Under the pieces are notes generated by a model. The model was not told the DNA's origin, ran no database searches, and saw only the letters and a list, made by a program, of their open reading frames with translations. Positions 46,974 to 56,104 of a stretch of DNA of 60,948 nt are shown piece after piece; position 1 is the first letter of the stretch, and the number at the start of each line of letters is the position of its first letter. Both the position numbers and the translations under genes were made by a program. The stretch spans positions 1 through 60,948 of the forward strand of contig JBBQXJ010000018.1 of assembly GCA_038209745.1 (NCBI GenBank), given 5' to 3'. This stretch comes from Verrucomicrobiota bacterium. Its GTDB lineage: Bacteria; Verrucomicrobiota; Verrucomicrobiia; Limisphaerales; CANJSG01.

Positions 46974-48929
46974 GTGAACGGGGCAAATGACACAACCGAC
47001 CCCGTGATCTCCCGAGCGTTCGCCTGGCTGTTTCCGGTCGTCGGTCTGCTGATGTTCGCCGGCTCTGCGGCGGGTGCGGAGCCCGAGGGATCGCCGCCAC
47101 CCCAAGGAGCGGCGCTGCTCAAGACGGACATCATGGGCGTGTTCGCCCATCCCGACGACGAGACCGGCGCCGCGGCGACCTTGGCCTACTACGCCAGAGG
47201 ACGTGGCTCCGTCGTGGCGAACGTCTACTGCACGCGCGGTGAAGGCGGCGGGAACATGGTCGGCACCCAGGCGGGCGCGGCTTTGGGCGCGCTGCGCGAA
47301 GCCGAGCTGCGCGATGCCCTCGGGATCCTGGGCGTGCGTTACGGCTACTTTCTGGATCGGCTCGACTGGGCCTACACCGAGAGCGTGGCCGCCACCCTGG
47401 AGAAGTGGGGCAAGGAGGAAACCCTGGAGCGGCTCGTCCGTCTGGTGCGGGCGTTGCGCCCGGAGATCATCGTCACCATGAATCCCGCGCCTTCGATGGG
47501 GCAGCACGGGCACCATCAGGCGGCCGGCATTCTGGCCACGGAAGCCTTCACCGCCGCCGCCGATCCCAACCGATTCCCGCTTCAGCTCAGCAAGGAAGGC
47601 CTGTCGGTGTGGCAGCCGCGAAAGCTCTTCTACGGCGGCACCGCCGGGACCGTGGTCTCCGCCATCACGGTCAATGAGCCTTTACCGGACGGCCGGACCC
47701 CGGCGCAGATCGCGGCGAAGGCGCTGGCCAACCATCGCTCGCAGGCCTTCGGCAACATGGGGAATTCGCCGTGGATGCAGCGGCCCCAGCGCTTCTCGCT
47801 CGTGAAATCGATGGTGCCGATCGCCGGCACGGAGACCGACCTGCTCGCCGGTCTGCCGCAGACGGAATTGACGGCCGTCCCCTTTCCTCCGGTTCAGGCG
47901 AAGTCCGAGGGAAGCCCGACCCTTGAGTTCGTTCCGCGTCCCGCCTTTGCTAACTATCGGCAGTGGGTGAGGGAGCAAGGCATCGAACACGTGGCCACCC
48001 AGTTCCAGGCCAACCTGCCCCTCGTCGCGGGCGAGCCCAACCTTCTGGGCCTGCAGCTCGACAATCCCGGCTCCACGGAGCTGGCCGGCGATCTGGTTCT
48101 CGACGTCCCCGCCGGATGGAGCATCGAGCCGGCGACGCAGCGGGTCCGCGTGCCGGCCCATTCGATGGCCACGTTGCAGGCCCGCGTCACCCCGCCGCCC
48201 GGTCTTCCGCCGGACGGGAAACTAGCCGCCACTGTTGCTTCGGGTGACCGCAAGGCGGAGGCCGTCGCCATCGGCCACTCCGTCCCGCATGCGCGGATCG
48301 TCCGGCTCAAAACCGGCCCCGTGCTTGATGGAACCGGAGCTGGCTGGGACTCCATCGCTCCCCTCGTCGTTTCCTCCACCAATCTCGTCCAGGGCAAAGC
48401 CGACGGCGACGCGGACAGCAGCGCGCTCGTCCGGCTCGCGCATGACGGGGCGACCCTGTTTGTGGACGTGGGCGTGCGGGACGACGTCGTCGTTTCCAAC
48501 ATCGCGCCCAACGACATCAAGGGCCATTGGCGCAGCGACTCGGTGGAGATCTGCCTCGATCCCGCCGTGGGCGCCGAACACACCATGGGCTGCTACAAGC
48601 TCGGCATCTTCCCCTTCGACACGACCGGCGTGGTCCGGGCCGCCCGCGACGCCGACGCCGACCAGGGCCCGGTGGAGGAGACCGCGCCCCGCACACGCCT
48701 CGTGTCGCGCCGCGTCGCCGGAGGCTATCGCATCCAGGCCGCCATTCCCTTTGCGGAAATCGGGATCAAGCCCGGACAGACCCGGATCGGCTTCAACGTG
48801 ATCGTCTACGACGGCGACAAACGGGACGCCGCCTTGGGCGAGAACATCAACAAGTCGCGCATCGCCTGGGCCCCCAGCCCCGGCGTGCAGGGGCGCCCCG
48901 AAGACTGGGGCCGCCTCGATCTGGAGTAG
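46974..48929 (+). CDS. Exported PIG-L/LmbE family deacetylase with C-terminal CBM9-like sugar-binding domain (start uncertain)
   Basis: AHPDDE, TRGEGG, R..E and HGHH motifs; C-terminal V.V.DD, DSVE, IPF, GFN...D.D. Confidence 0.85.
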   Translation: MNGANDTTDPVISRAFAWLFPVVGLLMFAGSAAGAEPEGSPPPQGAALLKTDIMGVFAHPDDETGAAATLAYYARGRGSVVANVYCTRGEGGGNMVGTQAGAALGALREAELRDALGILGVRYGYFLDRLDWAYTESVAATLEKWGKEETLERLVRLVRALRPEIIVTMNPAPSMGQHGHHQAAGILATEAFTAAADPNRFPLQLSKEGLSVWQPRKLFYGGTAGTVVSAITVNEPLPDGRTPAQIAAKALANHRSQAFGNMGNSPWMQRPQRFSLVKSMVPIAGTETDLLAGLPQTELTAVPFPPVQAKSEGSPTLEFVPRPAFANYRQWVREQGIEHVATQFQANLPLVAGEPNLLGLQLDNPGSTELAGDLVLDVPAGWSIEPATQRVRVPAHSMATLQARVTPPPGLPPDGKLAATVASGDRKAEAVAIGHSVPHARIVRLKTGPVLDGTGAGWDSIAPLVVSSTNLVQGKADGDADSSALVRLAHDGATLFVDVGVRDDVVVSNIAPNDIKGHWRSDSVEICLDPAVGAEHTMGCYKLGIFPFDTTGVVRAARDADADQGPVEETAPRTRLVSRRVAGGYRIQAAIPFAEIGIKPGQTRIGFNVIVYDGDKRDAALGENINKSRIAWAPSPGVQGRPEDWGRLDLE

Positions 48930-49009
48930 GTCGAAGCGCGCGTCTCGGTCGGAGCCCGTCTTTTCCGGAGATGCTCAGGGCGTTCGCCTCGCTCCGCTCG
49001 AATCGGGGT

Positions 49010-49032
49010 CGGCTCGGCGAGCCGTCCCTACC
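49010..49032 (-). repeat. GTAG-type REP
   Basis: The reverse complement ggtagggacggctcgccgagccg contains the hairpin cggctc-gcc-gagccg. Confidence 0.7.
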
Positions 49033-49130
49033 TCGGTTGCAGGCACGCCCCAGGCTATCGAACCTGGCTAGCGGAAAGGGTATGTCGCTGGCGAGATGCC
49101 AGCGCGTTTGTCGAACGAAGCGAGTTTTCC

Positions 49131-49517
49131 ATGAACACCAAATACATCCTTCGCGCTCCACGCGGCGGCCAGCGGCCCGATCCAAGTGGGCGGAATGCTG
49201 ACCAATATGGCGACGGGCGGTCTCCAACGGCCTGTTCACCGTCAGGCTGGACTTCGGCGGTGTATTTGCGGGGGCGGACCGGTGGTTGGAGATCGGCGTG
49301 GGGACGAATGGTTCTGGCGTCTTCGCGGCCCTGCCGATCAGCCGGAGGAACTTCTAGGGCGACGCGGCCACGCCGCACGTCGGCCCTGGCGGCCATCCAG
49401 GGCTTGAACCAAAAGCTTACGGACGAACTGAAACGGCGCGACGCCGAGAACTCTGCGTTGAAGGAACGGCTGGAAAAGCTGGAGCAGTTGATCGAAAACA
49501 AGGGACAAGCCCGATGA
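49131..49517 (+). pseudogene. Collapsed remnant of a secreted fibre-like protein (S74 chaperone-type C-terminus)
   Basis: Out-of-frame fragments FALHAAASGPIQVGGMLTN (49150) and VSNGLFTVRLDFG..DRWLEIGV (49220), then ALAAIQGLNQKL..ENSALKERLEKLE coiled coil. Confidence 0.7.
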
Positions 49518-50104
49518 AAAACAGCCCCCCGAACTTGGCAGCCAGCCACCGCCCGTCGCGCAGCGTCTTGGACTGCGGCGGTGCTCCGCCGCTTTCGAGC
49601 GGCGCTGGAGCCACGTCCACCCCCCAAAGCGCCGCAGCGGCGGCGCAGTCCAAGACCTGGCGGAGCCTCGTGGCCACGCTCCTGTTCCTGGGCGGAACGA
49701 CGGGCACGTTCGCGCAGACCTATTCCATCCCGTGGTCGAAGATCGCGGGCGGCGGCGGCACCAGCACCGGCGGCGTCTATGCCGTCACCGGCACCATCGG
49801 CCAGCACGATGCCGGGACCACCATGACCAATGGAGCCTATGCGTTGACCGGCGGATTCTGGAGCCTCGTGCAGGTGGTGCAGACGCCGGGCGCGCCGCAC
49901 TTGAGCATGACGCTGACCACGACGAACACCGCCGTGGTCGCCTGGTCCACCGCGTCTTCCACGGGATTCATCCTCCAGCAGGCGACGGACCTGACGACGG
50001 CCGATTGGACCAGCGCTCCCGCCCCACAGGACGACGGGACGAACAAGCGGCTGATCGTCGCTCCGCCGGTCGGCACCCGGTTTTATCGGCTCTTCAAACC
50101 CTGA
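49514..50104 (+). CDS. Secreted protein (YSI.W..I.GGGGTSTGG.Y...GTIGQ type) with a palindrome in its leader
   Basis: ATGA overlap with the upstream remnant; Gly-rich N-domain; C-terminal RFYRL. Confidence 0.8.
   Translation: MKNSPPNLAASHRPSRSVLDCGGAPPLSSGAGATSTPQSAAAAAQSKTWRSLVATLLFLGGTTGTFAQTYSIPWSKIAGGGGTSTGGVYAVTGTIGQHDAGTTMTNGAYALTGGFWSLVQVVQTPGAPHLSMTLTTTNTAVVAWSTASSTGFILQQATDLTTADWTSAPAPQDDGTNKRLIVAPPVGTRFYRLFKP
49565..49656. repeat. In-frame palindromic element in a signal-peptide region
   Basis: Perfect 13-bp inverted repeat gtcttggactgcg / cgcagtccaagac, with inner gcggcggtgctccgccgc hairpin. Confidence 0.88.
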
Positions 50105-50116
50105 CCCACCTTGGCC

Positions 50117-50857
50117 ATGCCGCTTCGGAATCTCTTCGCGTTGGTCGTTCTCCTCGTGCTCGGGAATTCCTTGGCCCTCGCGGCGGATTCGGATCCTGCC
50201 CACCGGGATTCCACTGCGACCAAGCCGCTGCCCTGGCCCGACGGCGTGATTCCCTACGACCTTTCAAAGTTGACGGAAGAGCAACAAGCGACCGCGCGAC
50301 AGGCGATGCAGCGTTGGGAGGAGACGGGCGCGAAAATCCGCTTCGTCCAACGCACCCGCGAAGAGTCCTACGTCCAGTTCACTGGCAAGACGGACGCGGG
50401 CAACAACACCAGCCACATCGGCTACGCGCCCGGCAAGAGGGTGGACGTCAACATCACGGCTTTCTGGTGGCGGCAAGGGGAGTGGATGCCGGCCCACGAG
50501 CTCGGGCATGTCCTCGGCTTTTTCCATGAACATCAGCGGTGGGATCGAGACCAGTTCGTCACCATCCACTATGAGAACATCAAGGAAGGCCGCGCCTTCG
50601 ACTACGACTGGATTCCGCGGACGAACTGGATCACCGGCGCCACCGCCTACGACTACCGTTCGATCATGCACTACCGCGTCTGTTGGGCGGGCAAGTGCGA
50701 GTCGGAATGCAAGGACGGCCAGGGCGACAGCCCGTGCGCGGTGATCGATCCGGTCGGCCCGGAATACGACGGGGTGATCGGTCAATGGGGCGACAACCGC
50801 ATCAGCGCCGGCGACGGGGAGAAGGCGCGGTCGGTCTATGGCGTCAAGAAGCCGTAA
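50117..50857 (+). CDS. Secreted astacin-family (M12A) metallopeptidase
   Basis: HELGHVLGFFHEH zinc motif, R.DRD, YDY.SIMHY Met-turn, W..G.IPY. Confidence 0.9.
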   Translation: MPLRNLFALVVLLVLGNSLALAADSDPAHRDSTATKPLPWPDGVIPYDLSKLTEEQQATARQAMQRWEETGAKIRFVQRTREESYVQFTGKTDAGNNTSHIGYAPGKRVDVNITAFWWRQGEWMPAHELGHVLGFFHEHQRWDRDQFVTIHYENIKEGRAFDYDWIPRTNWITGATAYDYRSIMHYRVCWAGKCESECKDGQGDSPCAVIDPVGPEYDGVIGQWGDNRISAGDGEKARSVYGVKKP

Positions 50858-50946
50858 CCGCCGAGGTGACGCGGTGGATCTTTTGGGAATCGCTTCAGCC
50901 GATCCGTCCGCCTCCCGGCCTCGGCGGCGACAAGGTCCGCCCAGGA

Positions 50947-51600
50947 TTACGCCGTCCGGTCGATCCAGTCGTCCTGGGTTTTCCAGAACCGTTCCACCAC
51001 CGCGACTACTTCGGCCGAATCGATTTGGCGGAAGAGGTCGGCCAGGATTTCACGGCTGCGATCCGTGCCGGCCGGACCGCGTTGTATCAGGCGACCGATG
51101 AGATGCGTCGCGCGACGGACATCCCCGCTGGCTTCGTCGGCGGAGGCCAGGCCCGCGGAGGCGATGGCGGCCTGAATGTCGGACAGAGAGAGCCCTTCCA
51201 ACGCTTCCCGGAAAACCGTCGCCCGGGCCGAACTGTCAAAGCCCGGCGCGCCGAAAACCTCCGACAGCTGGCGGACGAGCGACGCGTCGCCCGTCTCGGG
51301 CAACGGAGTGGGGAAGGGGACTTCGACGGACGGATCGTGAACCGCTGCCACCAGGCCACCGTTCGATCCAGCCGAACGGCCGAGCGTGAACTCCACCGTC
51401 ACGCGGTGTGCGAGTTCGGGATGCGCCACCGCGTCCGAGGCTTCCATGACGCGCCAGGCGCCCGCCTCCAGCACGACCTTCAGTTCCAGCGCCGCACGAT
51501 CCGCCTCCAGCCGCCAGGGTGCGGGCAGGGCGGCGTCGGTCGCGAGCGCGTCGGCGAGGTCGCTGCGTAATTGGGCGAGGGCATCCTTCAGCGGTTGCAT
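50947..51600 (-). CDS. Hypothetical protein
   Basis: Long ORF filling the gap, GC-rich third positions, no recognised motif; start inferred. Confidence 0.6.
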   Translation of the reverse strand: MQPLKDALAQLRSDLADALATDAALPAPWRLEADRAALELKVVLEAGAWRVMEASDAVAHPELAHRVTVEFTLGRSAGSNGGLVAAVHDPSVEVPFPTPLPETGDASLVRQLSEVFGAPGFDSSARATVFREALEGLSLSDIQAAIASAGLASADEASGDVRRATHLIGRLIQRGPAGTDRSREILADLFRQIDSAEVVAVVERFWKTQDDWIDRTA

Positions 51601-51781
51601 GGGACCGAGCCTAGCACGATGGGCCAAGCCGAAGACAACGTGGCGAATTCCCGGTTGGGCCGGTGTGCTTCCGCCGCCCGGCTGCCGCATCAAAGCAAGC
51701 GCGAGGAACACATCGCCCTACCCATCATCCGCCGCCGTTCCGCTTGAACCGGGCGCGCCTCCCGCCAACACTCCGCACCAC

Positions 51782-52579
51782 ATGAACCGCATTGTCGCGC
51801 GCTTCCAGTCGCTCCGTCAGGAGGGGAAGAAGGGTCTCGTCGTCTACCTCGGCGCGGGCGATCCCGACCTCCAGGCCACGGAGGACCTCACCGTCGCCTT
51901 CGACCGGGCCGGCGCCGACGTGGTGGAACTGGGCGTGCCCTTCAGCGATCCGTTGGCCGACGGCATCGTCAACCAGCTCGCCGCCCAGCGCGGGCTCGAA
52001 TCCGGCACCACCCCGCCCAAGGTGCTGGAAACCGTCCGCCGCATCCGCGCCCGCTCGCAGGTGCCGGTCGTGCTCTACGTCTATTTCAACATCCTGCATC
52101 GGCACGGCTTCCAGCGGTTCATCGACGACTGCGCCGCCGCCGGGGTGGACGGTCTGCTGGTGCTGGATCTGCCGCCCGAGGAATCCGAGAACTACGAGGC
52201 CATGATGGCGGCCGCCGGCCTCTGCAACATCTACCTCATGGCCCCCACCACGCCCGAGGCCCGGATGGAGATCATCGCCAAGCGCGCCCGCGGCTTCATC
52301 TACTACGTCTCCCGCGAAGGCGTGACCGGCATGCAGAGCAAGGTGGCCGACACCATCGCGGACATGACCGGCAAGATCCGCGCCCACACCGACCTGCCCA
52401 TCGCCATCGGCTTCGGCATCTCCGATCCCGAACAGGCCAAGGCCGTGTCGCAGTTCGGCGAAGCCGTCGTGGTCGGCAGCGCCATCGTCAACCGCATCGC
52501 CGAACTTGGGAAGAAACCCGAGCTGGTTCCGAGCGTGGCGAGCTTCGTCGAGAGCTTGGCGAAGGGGATCAAGGCGTAG
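51782..52579 (+). CDS. trpA: Tryptophan synthase alpha chain
   Basis: AGDP, ELGVPFSDPLADG, DLPPEE, APTT, YYVS..GVTG, GFGIS, VVVGSA. Confidence 0.97.
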   Translation: MNRIVARFQSLRQEGKKGLVVYLGAGDPDLQATEDLTVAFDRAGADVVELGVPFSDPLADGIVNQLAAQRGLESGTTPPKVLETVRRIRARSQVPVVLYVYFNILHRHGFQRFIDDCAAAGVDGLLVLDLPPEESENYEAMMAAAGLCNIYLMAPTTPEARMEIIAKRARGFIYYVSREGVTGMQSKVADTIADMTGKIRAHTDLPIAIGFGISDPEQAKAVSQFGEAVVVGSAIVNRIAELGKKPELVPSVASFVESLAKGIKA

Positions 52580-52594
52580 CGTGTCGTTCTTCTT

Positions 52595-52695
52595 AACCAC
52601 AGATGAACACAGATAGACACAGATGTTTGACCATGAAGGGCGGCCCCGTCCCTAGCCTTTCCCCCATCTGTGTGAATCTGTGTCCATCTGTGGTT
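52595..52695. repeat. AACCACAGAT-family palindromic element (three 10-mers per arm)
   Basis: aaccacagatgaacacagatagacacagat / atctgtgtgaatctgtgtccatctgtggtt. Confidence 0.9.
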
Positions 52696-52732
52696 GAACC
52701 CCTTTCCCTCCTTCCGATTTAACTCCGACCTT

Positions 52733-52846
52733 ATGGCGACCAACAGAACCACCAAGCCGTGCTCCGCGCAGAAGAGTCTCGCTGTCGCCAGTGCCCAGCG
52801 TGGGGGCTTCGTCGAGAGCCTCGCCAAGGGAATCAAGACAGCCTAG
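52733..52846 (+). other. Chimeric 37-aa mini-ORF: manC-like 5' end fused to trpA-like 3' end
   Basis: MATNRTTKPCSAQK..GFVESLAKGIKTA*, versus ManC MATKKSPKPTSAKN and TrpA SFVESLAKGIKA*. Confidence 0.8.
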
Positions 52847-52855
52847 CTTCCCTCC

Positions 52856-53101
52856 ATGAACGCGACCGTCACCTTGGAAGTGCCCGAAGAAGCCCTCCGG
52901 CTCTTCGGCGGCGACCGTTTCGGCGAGGAGATGTTGGAGGCGGCGGTGGTCCGTTGGTTTGAGGAAGGACGTCTGAGCCAAGGGCAGGCGGGGCATCTCC
53001 TGAAACTTACGCGGGGCGAGTTTTTCGACGTTTTGGAACGCCACCAGGTGTCTCCCGTTCAACTGGACGAAGCGGAGCTGGAAGCCGAATTGCGCGGATG
53101 A
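52856..53101 (+). CDS. UPF0175 family putative antitoxin
   Basis: 81 aa; F..GRLSQGQA..L....R.EF...L motif; ATGA overlap with the next gene. Confidence 0.85.
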   Translation: MNATVTLEVPEEALRLFGGDRFGEEMLEAAVVRWFEEGRLSQGQAGHLLKLTRGEFFDVLERHQVSPVQLDEAELEAELRG

Positions 53102-53586
53102 CCGACCACTGGGTCATGAACGCCTCGCCGGTGATCCTGCTCTCCCGAGTGGGGCTCATCGGCTTGGTTCCATCCCTTTGTCGCAAGCTTTCCATTCCAT
53201 CCGGGGTCATCGCCGAGGTTTCCCGTGGCGTGGCGGCGGATGCAGGCCGAACCTGGCTTCAAGCCAAGGGCAGCGCCTACATCGTTTCGGTCCCGGCTCT
53301 TTCCCCGGAAATGACCGGTTGGAACGGAGGCCCCGGCGAGGCCGAGGTGATTTCATACGCACTCCAGCAAGGCGGTGCCTCCGTCGTGCTGGATGACTTG
53401 GCGGCTCGACGCATGGCCCGACGTCTTGGGCTGCCACTCATCGGATCGGTCGGCGTGATCCTGCGCGCCAAGGAGCAGGGACTTGTCCCCAAGGTGCGAC
53501 CCTTCCTGGAGAAGCTCCGTGGCGGTGGCGGCTACCTGAGCGAGAACATCCTCCAGCAAGCTTTGAAGAAAGCCGGCGAACTCTGA
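53098..53586 (+). CDS. DUF3368 / PIN-like putative toxin
   Basis: V.NASP.I.L, GE.E.I..A, LDD..AR..A..LG...GS.G...AK..G, terminal AGE. Confidence 0.87.
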   Translation: MTDHWVMNASPVILLSRVGLIGLVPSLCRKLSIPSGVIAEVSRGVAADAGRTWLQAKGSAYIVSVPALSPEMTGWNGGPGEAEVISYALQQGGASVVLDDLAARRMARRLGLPLIGSVGVILRAKEQGLVPKVRPFLEKLRGGGGYLSENILQQALKKAGEL

Positions 53587-53596
53587 GATTTTTCCT

Positions 53597-54745
53597 ATGG
53601 CGACCAAGAAATCCCCCAAACCCACCTCCGCAAAGAACGATCGCTACGTCATCATCATGGCCGGCGGCAAAGGCGAACGTTTCTGGCCCGTGAGCCGCAA
53701 CGCCACGCCCAAGCAGCTCATCACCCTCCTCGGCAAACGCTCCTTCCTCCAGCAGGCCGTCGACCGCTGCCTCGCCCTCGTTCCCGCGAAGAACATTCTC
53801 ATCATCACCAACGCCGTCCAGGCCAAGGCCGTGGCCAAGCAGCTGCCCAAGCTGCCCAAGGCCAACATCGTCGCCGAACCCGTCGGCCGCGACACCTGCG
53901 CCGCCGTGGCGTTGGGCGCGGCCATCGTGGGCGCGCGTTCCACCACCGCTGTCATGGCCGTGCTGCCCGCCGACCACGTCATTCCCGAGGAGAAGAAATT
54001 CCAGCAGGTGCTGAACGACGCCTTCGACCTCGCGTCGCGCGGCCAGGTGATGGTCACCATCGGCATCAAGCCCACCGAACCCGCCACCGGCTACGGCTAC
54101 ATCCACACCGGCAAACTGCTGCCCGCGCCCGAAGGCGTGAAGCCCTACAAGACGAAGTTCTTCAAGGCCGAGCGCTTCGTGGAAAAACCGGACCTGGAGA
54201 AGGCCGAGGAATACGTCGGCAGCGGCGAGTATCGTTGGAACGCCGGCATGTTCATCTGGTCCTTCGTCACCGTCACCCAGGGCCTCCAGGCGCACGTGCC
54301 CGAATTGGCCGAAGCCTGCCAACGCTGGTTCAAGGTTGCCAACCAGCCCGTCAAACTGGCCAAGCTGTTGGCCAAGGAATATCCGACCATCAAGAAGATC
54401 TCCGTGGACTTCGCCCTGATGGAAAAGGCCCACAACGTGGTCTGCGCCGACGGCTCCTTCGCCTGGGACGATCTCGGTGCCTGGACCGCGCTCCCGCGCC
54501 ACATGAAAGCCGACGCCGAAGGCAACTGCGCCCAGGGCGAACTGGTCCACATCGACGCCGCCCGCAACATCGTCTTCGACACCCGGACGAAGAACCGCAC
54601 CCCGATCTGCCTTGTGGGGGTGAAGGACTCGATCATCGTCCAGACCGACGACGCGACCCTCGTCGCCGCCAAGAGCGAAGCCCAGAAGATCAAGCAGCTC
54701 GTCGCCAAGCTCACCGCCGACAAGAAGCTCTCGAAGCTGGTGTGA
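53597..54745 (+). CDS. manC: Mannose-1-phosphate guanylyltransferase
   Basis: IMAGG.GERFWP.SR...PKQ, EP.GRDT, PADH, TGYGYI, FVEKP, WNAGMF, IS.DFA.MEK, W.DLG.W. Confidence 0.94.
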   Translation: MATKKSPKPTSAKNDRYVIIMAGGKGERFWPVSRNATPKQLITLLGKRSFLQQAVDRCLALVPAKNILIITNAVQAKAVAKQLPKLPKANIVAEPVGRDTCAAVALGAAIVGARSTTAVMAVLPADHVIPEEKKFQQVLNDAFDLASRGQVMVTIGIKPTEPATGYGYIHTGKLLPAPEGVKPYKTKFFKAERFVEKPDLEKAEEYVGSGEYRWNAGMFIWSFVTVTQGLQAHVPELAEACQRWFKVANQPVKLAKLLAKEYPTIKKISVDFALMEKAHNVVCADGSFAWDDLGAWTALPRHMKADAEGNCAQGELVHIDAARNIVFDTRTKNRTPICLVGVKDSIIVQTDDATLVAAKSEAQKIKQLVAKLTADKKLSKLV

Positions 54746-54794
54746 GCGGGTCGAGGCGGGGCGAAGCCCCCTTTGAACCGAACACCGAAGTTCA

Positions 54795-54922
54795 AACCGC
54801 CAATCTTCGCCAATAGAGGCAAATCTGAAGCCCATTGTGTCGAAGAAACCGTGACCGGTTTTGTGCGGACGGCGCGACCGAAAACCTTTGTTATCAGAGT
54901 GGATCAGCGCCTATCAGCGGTT
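54795..54922. repeat. Degenerate 10-mer-arm palindrome (AACCGC type), related in architecture to the AACCACAGAT family
   Basis: aaccgccaatcttcgccaat ... atcagcgcctatcagcggtt, between convergent genes. Confidence 0.55.
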
Positions 54923-54991
54923 CAAAATCGGTTTCCAGGTTGAAGGGTGACCCCCTATCCGGACCGCTGCACTGGCAGTCGATTCGAGGAA

Positions 54992-55546
54992 CTAGGCCGC
55001 CTTGACCAGGTGGCGCTTGTTCCGTCCGAGCATCGCGACCGCCAGACAACCGACCGCAGCCAAGCTGGCGGTGGTGGGTTCCGGGACCGGGCCGACGGCA
55101 ATTCCAGGCAAACCGATTAGACTGGCCGGAACGGTTGGAGGCTTAGCTGAATTGTCACCAAGAAGAACGCTGATGTTCGAAGTGGATCCCTTGCTCGAAG
55201 CCGTTTCGTAGTTGGGAGCATCCTTCCAGGCCCGCATTTGAACGAGAGCCGTCGATCCGCCGGGGAGGCTGGTGGTGACAATGGAGGCCACCACATAGCC
55301 AACCCCCGCATCGGACCGGAGGGCCACCGGGGAACCGGCCGCAACCAGCGAACCAGCATTGGCTCCGACATAGAGCTGGACAAAATAACCGTCCGCACCG
55401 GACACCCCGATTCCGGTGTCGGCGTAATAGACCTTCGAGTCCACCGATCCGGTGATCTTGGTGGCGAAGTTGATGGTCCCTTGGGAGAAGCCCGAGAAGG
55501 ATGCGAGCGTGGCGAGGGCCAGCAGGAATGATTTGAACGAGTTCAT
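54992..55546 (-). CDS. PEP-CTERM sorting domain protein
   Basis: Signal peptide, QGTINF, QMRAW, terminal VPEPTT + TM + basic tail. Confidence 0.9.
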   Translation of the reverse strand: MNSFKSFLLALATLASFSGFSQGTINFATKITGSVDSKVYYADTGIGVSGADGYFVQLYVGANAGSLVAAGSPVALRSDAGVGYVVASIVTTSLPGGSTALVQMRAWKDAPNYETASSKGSTSNISVLLGDNSAKPPTVPASLIGLPGIAVGPVPEPTTASLAAVGCLAVAMLGRNKRHLVKAA

Positions 55547-55945
55547 GGGGGTGGGTGGTTGTTTCGGGATGCAGGTTCTTTGGTGTCGCGTTTTTGGATG
55601 GATCCTTTAGTGGTTTGATGGGTGGGCCAACGCCGCTTCGCGTGCAAGGAGATTCTCGGTTTACTGGTTTTGGAAATCGCTTCGGCGTCAACACGACCGA
55701 GGCCCTGAAGATCTGACCGCTCGTCGCAAAGCTCACGGCTGAAAGGAAGCCGGTGCCAGCGCCCTACCTCTTTTCTGGGGAACACCCCCGGTGTTCCATC
55801 ATTCTTCCCAAGGTTGCGCAGACCGCGCTATCTCGAGTCATCGATGAAACCCCAATGGTGTGGATTTTTATATGTTCCCCCGCCGTAGACGCTGCGCGCC
55901 AACACCGGGCTGGATGATCCAATCCCTTCGGGATATAGAGGCGAT

Positions 55946-56096
55946 GGTAGGGCGACGGCTCCGGCCGAGCAGCCTGGGGATGAACTCGGTTCTTGAAGGC
56001 GAGATGGGCAGCTCCTGAACGCCCTGCTGTCTCCAGAGCAGCTGCCCCGTCGTCAGCGGATCAAACGGCGGCTTCGCGGGATCCAGCGCTTTACCC
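55946..56096. repeat. REPIN-like doublet, same family as 32406-32555
   Basis: ggtagggcgacggctccggccgagc, with a degenerate partner ending gctttacc. Confidence 0.7.
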
Positions 56097-56104
56097 GCCA
56101 CGAA

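Noticed and set aside
46897..46980. TPP riboswitch upstream of thiG
   Set aside because: The gap is short, shared with a divergent gene, and lacks the CTGAGA core.
49400..49517. Prophage tail gene
   Set aside because: Only a chaperone-like coiled-coil remnant with no phage genes nearby; the context is secreted cellular proteins.
52595..52695. CRISPR-like array from repeated acacagat units
   Set aside because: The units are adjacent 10-mers forming inverted arms, with no spacers and no cas genes.
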